Source: Amaricoccus sp. (GTDB lineage Bacteria; Pseudomonadota; Alphaproteobacteria; Rhodobacterales; Rhodobacteraceae). From it: a DNA stretch of 64,000 bases. The stretch lies in the NCBI GenBank assembly GCA_046348975.1, contig JAXMDF010000010.1, forward strand, positions 29,013 through 93,012, given 5' to 3'. The notes under the pieces are model-generated. The model worked only from the letters and a program-made list of their open reading frames with translations. It was not told where the DNA came from and made no database searches. Positions 58,461-64,000 of this stretch are shown piece after piece. The position numbers and the translations under genes are program-made. The stretch's first letter is position 1, and every line of letters begins with the position of its first letter.

Positions 58461-60263
58461 TCACGTGCGCGCGGCGGCGCGGGATTGCGCGAGCTCGCCC
58501 TCGAGCTCGGCGATGCGGGCGCGGAGCGTCGCGTCCTCGATCTCGGCGTAGCCGGCCTCGGCGCTCCGGGCGAGGCGGCCGAGCAGCTCGTGCTCGGCGA
58601 GTGCCAGGTCGGTGCCCGACTCGTGCTCGCCGTAGAGCGCCAGCGCGTAGCAGCGGCGGGCGTTGGCGACCGGCGCCGCCAGCACCGGCCGCGCCAGGTC
58701 GCCGGGCAGGCCGTCGCCCGCAGCCTGCCCGATTCGATAGGGCTCGGCCGACGGGCCGGGCGGGATCAGCGGATGGTCCGTCCCGAGCAGCTCGAGGTCG
58801 CCCGGGCTCCAGCCGGCACTGGTCCGGCGTCGGAAGCCCGCCTCCTCGCCGCGGAAGACGGCGGCGGAGGCGAGGCGCAGGGCGTGCATCGGCGCCTCGA
58901 CCAGCGCCCGGTCGATCTCGTCGAGGGTCGTCGCGCGCTCGATGGCGGCGCCGGCGGCGGCGAGCTCGTGCTCGGCCCGGCGCAGGCGGAAGTCGAACAG
59001 CCGCTCGGCGAGCTCGGTCGCATATTCGTGCAGCCGGGCGAGCAGGTAGACGAGGGCCGAGGCCACCAGCAGCCAGGCCCATTCGGGCATGCGGAAGTAT
59101 TCGTCGATCACCTCGAGCTGCCGGTGCAGCAAGAGCACCGGCAGGCTCAGCAAGAGCCCGAGGACGGTCGCCCGCCTGAGCGGGATCGCGACGCTGACCA
59201 CGGTCGGGCGGCGGACGGCCTCGACGACGAAGAGGCAGAGGATGCCGTTGACGGTGTAGAGGGCGCCGGTGAGCTCGTCGAGCGCCGGGCCGTCGTCGAT
59301 CAGCCCGTGCAGCAGCGAGGTCTCGAGCAGGAGCTCGGCCAGCAGGTAGGCCGGGAGGCCGATCAGCGCACCCCAGATCACCCAGCGCATCCGCTGGTAG
59401 TCGCGCGGCGAGAGCAGCCCGCGGCGCCCGATCAGGATCGCGACGACGGCGACGCCGACCGCGAAGCCCATCAGCGCGGCCGCGCGCATCGCGAGCTCGG
59501 CCGGGCGGCCGAAGAGGCTCGCCAGCGTCATGAGCGAGAGCAGGAGCAGCGCGGCCGCCAGCCAGGGCAGCGCCCGTTCGAGCCGCCGCCAGCGGCCCTC
59601 GGTGCGGTCGACCGGCGCACGCAGGGCGAAGAGCAGCAGCCCGGCGTAGCCGCCCGCCTGCAGGAAGCAGGACGAGACGTGCTGGGCGAGCAGCGCCCAG
59701 GGCCATTGCTGCAGCCAGGCGTAGAACAGGAAAGCCTGCCCGGGGTTGAAGAAGACGCAATAGGCGAAGAAGCCCCAGGTCATCGGGCCGGGCCGGGTCC
59801 AGACCAGCCAGGCGGAGCCGAGGACCACCGCGACGCCGGCCGCCTGCTGCAGCAGGACGATGGCCCGCAGCAGCCAGTTCGACGGGCGCGGCTCGGCGAC
59901 CAGCGTCACCGTCCGCGCCGGCCGGTCGCCGTCGGCGGCGAGCGCCAGGACGACGCTGCGGCCGGGGAGGAAGAGGTTGACCCCGCCCCAGAGCGCGAGC
60001 GTCGTGGCGCAGAGCTCGCTGTCGACGGTGGTGCAGCGCATGGCGTCGAAGTCGAGCCGGTCGCCGGCGCGCAGCCCGGCCCGCCAGGCCGGCGACTGCG
60101 CCTCGGTGTCGAACGGGCCCTGCACCTCGAAGATCCGGCCGTCGGCGTCGGCGGTCAGGCCGAGCGACGCCAAGGGATGCACGACACGCAGGAAATCGGG
60201 CGCGATCATCGCGATCGCGTAGAGGGTCAAGAGCAGCAGGATCAGGCGGCCGCCGGGCCGCAT
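58461..60263 (-). CDS. Hypothetical multi-pass membrane protein (PDZ-like extracellular segment, GAF-like C-terminus)
   Basis: [14 protein letters not shown], about eight hydrophobic helices, [16 protein letters not shown]...E.ELL, terminal coiled coil. Confidence 0.7.
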   Translation of the reverse strand: MRPGGRLILLLLTLYAIAMIAPDFLRVVHPLASLGLTADADGRIFEVQGPFDTEAQSPAWRAGLRAGDRLDFDAMRCTTVDSELCATTLALWGGVNLFLPGRSVVLALAADGDRPARTVTLVAEPRPSNWLLRAIVLLQQAAGVAVVLGSAWLVWTRPGPMTWGFFAYCVFFNPGQAFLFYAWLQQWPWALLAQHVSSCFLQAGGYAGLLLFALRAPVDRTEGRWRRLERALPWLAAALLLLSLMTLASLFGRPAELAMRAAALMGFAVGVAVVAILIGRRGLLSPRDYQRMRWVIWGALIGLPAYLLAELLLETSLLHGLIDDGPALDELTGALYTVNGILCLFVVEAVRRPTVVSVAIPLRRATVLGLLLSLPVLLLHRQLEVIDEYFRMPEWAWLLVASALVYLLARLHEYATELAERLFDFRLRRAEHELAAAGAAIERATTLDEIDRALVEAPMHALRLASAAVFRGEEAGFRRRTSAGWSPGDLELLGTDHPLIPPGPSAEPYRIGQAAGDGLPGDLARPVLAAPVANARRCYALALYGEHESGTDLALAEHELLGRLARSAEAGYAEIEDATLRARIAELEGELAQSRAAART

Positions 60264-60412
60264 GCCGTCGCGCTCGCCGATCGCCCGCCCTCCGCTCGTG
60301 CCGGTCGCGCGAGACTAGGCGGGGCGGCCCGGCTTGTCACCGTCGGGCCTTGCCGCCCGCGGCGGTTTGGTGTGACCTGCGGTGCCGGCGGACGGCCGGC
60401 GGGGGGAGTGCG

Positions 60413-60922
60413 ATGGCGATCACGCTTTACGACGTTTCGGTGCCGGTGTTCCTGCGCGGATTCGAGCGGCTGTCGGCGATACTCGACAAGGGGCGGGCGT
60501 TCGCCGAGGCCGGCGGGATCGCGCCGGAGACGCTGCTCGGGGCGCGGCTCGCGCCCGACATGCTCACCCTCGCCGGGCAGGTGCAGCGGGCGAGCGATAC
60601 GGCGAAGTTCGCGATGGTGCGGGTCGCAGGCGTGGAGAACGAGGGCTTCGCCGACGAGGAGAAGAGCTTCGCCGACCTCGCCGACCGCATCGCCCGCACG
60701 GTCGCCTTCCTCGGGCGGGTGCCGCGGTCGGCGCTCGACGGGCGGGAGGACACGGTGATCGAGGCGCGGATCGGCCGGGCGACGGTGCAGGTCACCGGGG
60801 CCGACTACGTGCTGAAGTTCGCGCTGCCGAACTTCCTGTTCCACGTGACGACGGCCTACGACATCCTCCGGCACGAGGGGGTGACGCTCGGCAAGGGCGA
60901 CTATATCGGACCGCTCGGCTGA
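60413..60922 (+). CDS. DUF1993 family protein
   Basis: ARLAPDML, ALPNFLFHVTTAYDILRH.GV.LGKGDY. Confidence 0.9.
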   Translation: MAITLYDVSVPVFLRGFERLSAILDKGRAFAEAGGIAPETLLGARLAPDMLTLAGQVQRASDTAKFAMVRVAGVENEGFADEEKSFADLADRIARTVAFLGRVPRSALDGREDTVIEARIGRATVQVTGADYVLKFALPNFLFHVTTAYDILRHEGVTLGKGDYIGPLG

Positions 60923-60933
60923 GGGGGCGCGCG

Positions 60934-61608
60934 ATGCGGACGCAGCCGGTCTTCCTCTTCGACCTCGACGGGACGCTGGTCGACAGCGTCTACCAGCACG
61001 TGCTCGCCTGGAAGGAATCGCTCGACGCCGAGGGCATCGACCTCTCGGTCTGGCGCATCCACCGCCGGATCGGGATGAGCGGCGGGCTCTTCTCCAACCA
61101 GCTCCTGCGCGAGACCGGGCTCGACTACAGCGAGGAGCTCGCGGAGCGGCTGCGGCATGGCCACGCCGAGGCCTACCGGCGCTACCGCGACGCGATCCGC
61201 CCGCTGCCCGGCGCCCGCGAGCTGCTCGCCTGGCTGACCGAGGCCGGGATCCCCTGGGCGATCGCCACCAGCGGCCGGATGGAGACCGCACAGGTCAACC
61301 TCGCCGCCCTCGGGGTCGACCCGGCGGTGACGCCGGTCGTCACGCGCGACATGGTCCGCTACGCCAAGCCCGACCCCGACCTCTTCCTCGCCGCCGCCGA
61401 GCGCCTCGGGGCGCCGATCGAGTCGGCCATGGTGGTCGGCGACGCGATCTGGGACATGCTCGCCGCGGTGCGCTGCCGTGCCCTCGGCATCGGCCTGCTG
61501 AGCGGCGGCTACGGCGCGGGCGAGCTGCGCGAGGCGGGCGCGATCCGCGTCTTCGACGACCCGGCCGACCTCCTGCTCCACATCGACGAGGTCGGCGGCC
61601 GGCGGTAG
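60934..61608 (+). CDS. HAD family hydrolase
   Basis: FDLDGTLVDS, IATS, KPDPDLF, VGDAIWD. Confidence 0.92.
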   Translation: MRTQPVFLFDLDGTLVDSVYQHVLAWKESLDAEGIDLSVWRIHRRIGMSGGLFSNQLLRETGLDYSEELAERLRHGHAEAYRRYRDAIRPLPGARELLAWLTEAGIPWAIATSGRMETAQVNLAALGVDPAVTPVVTRDMVRYAKPDPDLFLAAAERLGAPIESAMVVGDAIWDMLAAVRCRALGIGLLSGGYGAGELREAGAIRVFDDPADLLLHIDEVGGRR

Positions 61609-61614
61609 CGGCGC

Positions 61615-63150
61615 TCAGGGCAGCGTGACGGTCGCGCCGAGCGTCTCCTCGGCGAAATCGCTCACCAGCACCCTGACCGTCAGGTCCCAGCGGCCGGCGT
61701 GCGGCAGCGGAAACGGCCCGGCCCGCCAGCCGTCGCCGTCCCGGACCGCCTCCATGCGCAGCGGCTCGACCCCGCGCCCCGGATCGGCGAGCGCGACGGT
61801 GACGCCGAGCGGGTCGAGCGGTTCGCCGTCCGCGCCCATGATCGCGATCGCGACGGTGTTCGGGCCCGGCCTGCCGGGCGACAGCGTGGCCATGGCCATC
61901 GCCGTCCTGCCATGCAGGTGCGCGGGGATCTCGAGGGGCCGCAGGTCGAGCGCCCGCGGCGGCGGCGTCAACCGGAACCCGCTTGCAAGCGCGAGGATCG
62001 CGACCGCCAGGACCAGCTCGGCCGCTATCGAGCGCCGCAGGCCCTCCGGCGCGTGCGGCGCACCGCGGGCGATCGCCGGCGTCAGCCGCAGGCGGTTGAG
62101 CGCGGCGAGGGCGAGCAGCGGCAGCACCAGCGCGAGCTTGGCCGCCAGCAGCCGGCCATACGGGGTGTCCAGGAGATCCGACGGATGCCGCAGCTCGAGC
62201 AGCGCGAGGGTCGCGCCGCTGGCGACGAGCCCCGCGACCAGCGGGACGGCGATCCGCGAGAAGCGCCGAAGCGCCGGCAGCAGCGCGCGGGCGCGCGTGC
62301 GCTCGGCGAGGCACGGCAAGGCGCCGATCCAGAAGACGAAGGCCGCGGCATGCATGGCGACGGCCGGCGCCGCCAGCCAGCGCGGCGGCGCGTCCGCGGC
62401 GTGGCCGAAGAGCGCGAAGGACAGCGCCGCGCACGCCCAGGCGAGGACGGCTAGGACGAGCCCGCGCCGGCGGAGGGCCGCTGCCGCCAGGAGGCCCGCC
62501 GCCGCGGCGGCAGCGGCGCTCCCCGCGAAGGGGCTTGCGAGGACCGACCGCCACGGGGCGGCCGTCACCAGCGCTCCCGGCGGGACGCCGAGGAGGTCGA
62601 TGCCCTGCAGGCCCGACGCCAGCAGCGCGAGGGCGGGCGCCGCGAGCGCCGCGACCGATGCGAGCCGCTGCGCGCGCGGCGCGGGCCCGAGCAGCCGCAC
62701 CGCGACCGCGCCGCCGACGCCGAAGACCAGCGCCAGCGTCAGCAGGCCGCGGCCGAGCGCCGCCGGCCAGGCCGACGGCGCCGCCGGCGCCGCCACGGCC
62801 GTCGTCGCCGCGCCGATCGAGAAGCTGTAGCTCGCCCCGACCGGATGGCCGTCGGCCGAGACGACGCGCCAGCTCACGACCTGGGTGCCGCGGCCGGCGG
62901 CGGCGGGCACCGGCACGAGCAGGCGCGCGCCCCGGGCCGTCGGGACGACCTCGACCGGGTCTCCCGCGGGGGGGAACCAGCGGACCGCGAGCGGCCCGAC
63001 CGGCTCGCTGAACGTGAGCGTGACCGCGGCGGGCGCCGTCGGCACGACCGCACCCGCCGGCGGGTCGGTCGCGACGAGCTGGGCGTGCGCCGAGGCGTCG
63101 CCCGCAGCGAGGACCGCTGCGAGCAGGACGGCGGCCGCGAGGCGGCGCAA
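61615..63150 (-). CDS. CopC-CopD fusion copper uptake/resistance protein (YcnJ-like)
   Basis: Signal peptide then HAQLVATDP, WRVVSADGHP; CopD TM region with GHA, AMH..AFVFWIG, YGRLLAAK; TTG start. Confidence 0.9.
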   Translation of the reverse strand: MRRLAAAVLLAAVLAAGDASAHAQLVATDPPAGAVVPTAPAAVTLTFSEPVGPLAVRWFPPAGDPVEVVPTARGARLLVPVPAAAGRGTQVVSWRVVSADGHPVGASYSFSIGAATTAVAAPAAPSAWPAALGRGLLTLALVFGVGGAVAVRLLGPAPRAQRLASVAALAAPALALLASGLQGIDLLGVPPGALVTAAPWRSVLASPFAGSAAAAAAAGLLAAAALRRRGLVLAVLAWACAALSFALFGHAADAPPRWLAAPAVAMHAAAFVFWIGALPCLAERTRARALLPALRRFSRIAVPLVAGLVASGATLALLELRHPSDLLDTPYGRLLAAKLALVLPLLALAALNRLRLTPAIARGAPHAPEGLRRSIAAELVLAVAILALASGFRLTPPPRALDLRPLEIPAHLHGRTAMAMATLSPGRPGPNTVAIAIMGADGEPLDPLGVTVALADPGRGVEPLRMEAVRDGDGWRAGPFPLPHAGRWDLTVRVLVSDFAEETLGATVTLP

Positions 63151-63160
63151 GCGGCCGCCC

Positions 63161-63682
63161 TCAGTCGTCGCCGCCCTTGGCCGGCAGGATCTTCACCCCC
63201 GGGGCGGGCATCTCGAGGCTGTCGGGATCCTGACCGGCGGCCGGGATCTCGATCCAGCGCTCGGTCTTGTCCCGGCATTCCTGGATCACCGGGAAATGGA
63301 CGATCGTCCCCGGCGCGAAGGCGTCGGTGAGCGTGCCCCGGAAGACGAACTCGTCGTAGAAGGCGTCGGGCAGGCTGCCCGTCCAGTCGATCTCGGTGAC
63401 GCCCTCGGTCATCGGCGTACCGTAGTAGTCGTAGCTCTTCGCGTACTTGCCGGTGACGGTCTCGAGCTCCCAGCCGGCCTTCGGCATCGGCTTGACCGCG
63501 ATGACGCCCTCGGGGATCTGCACCCGGAGCTTGAGCGTGGCTTCGCTCTCGCAGCCGTGGGGCACGCGCAGCACGGCCTTGTAGGTCCCGGCCGGAGCCT
63601 CGGCGGTCTCGAGCGTGACGTGCGCCTGAACGGCACACGGAGCCACGACGGCGACCGCCGCGGCGAGAATGAGCTTCTGCAT
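63161..63682 (-). CDS. YcnI (DUF1775) copper-binding protein
   Basis: Mature N-terminal HVTL, RVPHGCE, KPMPKAGW, FPVIQEC, WIEIP...PAP. Confidence 0.9.
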   Translation of the reverse strand: MQKLILAAAVAVVAPCAVQAHVTLETAEAPAGTYKAVLRVPHGCESEATLKLRVQIPEGVIAVKPMPKAGWELETVTGKYAKSYDYYGTPMTEGVTEIDWTGSLPDAFYDEFVFRGTLTDAFAPGTIVHFPVIQECRDKTERWIEIPAAGQDPDSLEMPAPGVKILPAKGGDD

Positions 63683-63761
63683 GCTTCCAATCCCTGCTGG
63701 CCGCCGGCGCCCGGCGCCGCGGCTGAATGAAGACGGCCGTCCCCGCCGGGACGGCGCGGGC

Positions 63762-64000
63762 TCAGAGAGTGGACGCGGGAGGCGCGCGGGCGTGGGAGCC
63801 TGCGAAGCCGGCCTGAAGCCGGAGCGAGGCCCGCTCGACCGCCAGGTCGGCCATTTCCGGCGCGCCGATGCGGGCGAGCGTCGGAAGGGTGGCCCAGGCG
63901 ATGCCCGGCGCCGCCATCAGCACGCAGGCCAGGCAGTCCGGCATGGCGACATGCTGGTCGGCCGGGCCGTGGCCCATGTCCATGCCGTCGTGGCAGGGCG
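63762..64000 (-). CDS. DUF2946/CruR-like small protein, 5' truncated by the window edge
   Basis: His/Met-rich stretch, DCLAC (CxxC), C-terminal HARAPP. Confidence 0.7.
   Translation of the reverse strand, partial: PCHDGMDMGHGPADQHVAMPDCLACVLMAAPGIAWATLPTLARIGAPEMADLAVERASLRLQAGFAGSHARAPPASTL

Overview
High-GC alphaproteobacterial chromosome segment, Rhodobacterales-like from the mcl2-nnrU-mch-sdhCDAB and pyrC-pyrE synteny. Left to right: (i) an ~18 kb N-acetyl-amino-sugar catabolic cluster (sugar ABC transporter, Gfo/Idh/MocA oxidoreductase, ROK kinase, nagA, DSD1/D-threonine-aldolase-type PLP enzyme, two M81/MlrC metallohydrolases, RpiR regulator, SDR, GH20 hexosaminidase, CutC, nagB, RidA) with a shared GAAAAT-N-ATTTTC-like operator; (ii) IS3/IS4/ISAs1 debris; (iii) core genes (sdh, ethylmalonyl-CoA pathway genes, pyrCE, glycogen operon, opgG, map, sfsA, cinA-like, K+/H+ antiporter, DEAD-box helicase); (iv) the most unusual part: a tRNA-Leu(UAA) interrupted by a 245-nt group I intron (not visible in the ORF track), followed directly by a complete four-domain cholesterol-dependent cytolysin (pneumolysin/perfringolysin-like) with no signal peptide and by a DUF1778-GNAT toxin-antitoxin pair; (v) an RTX-repeat protein, a PepSY/two-component module, metG, an orphan membrane sensor-like protein, and a ycnI-copCD copper locus preceded by a CxxC/RAPP leader ORF. 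All calls come from reading motifs by eye; no searches were run.
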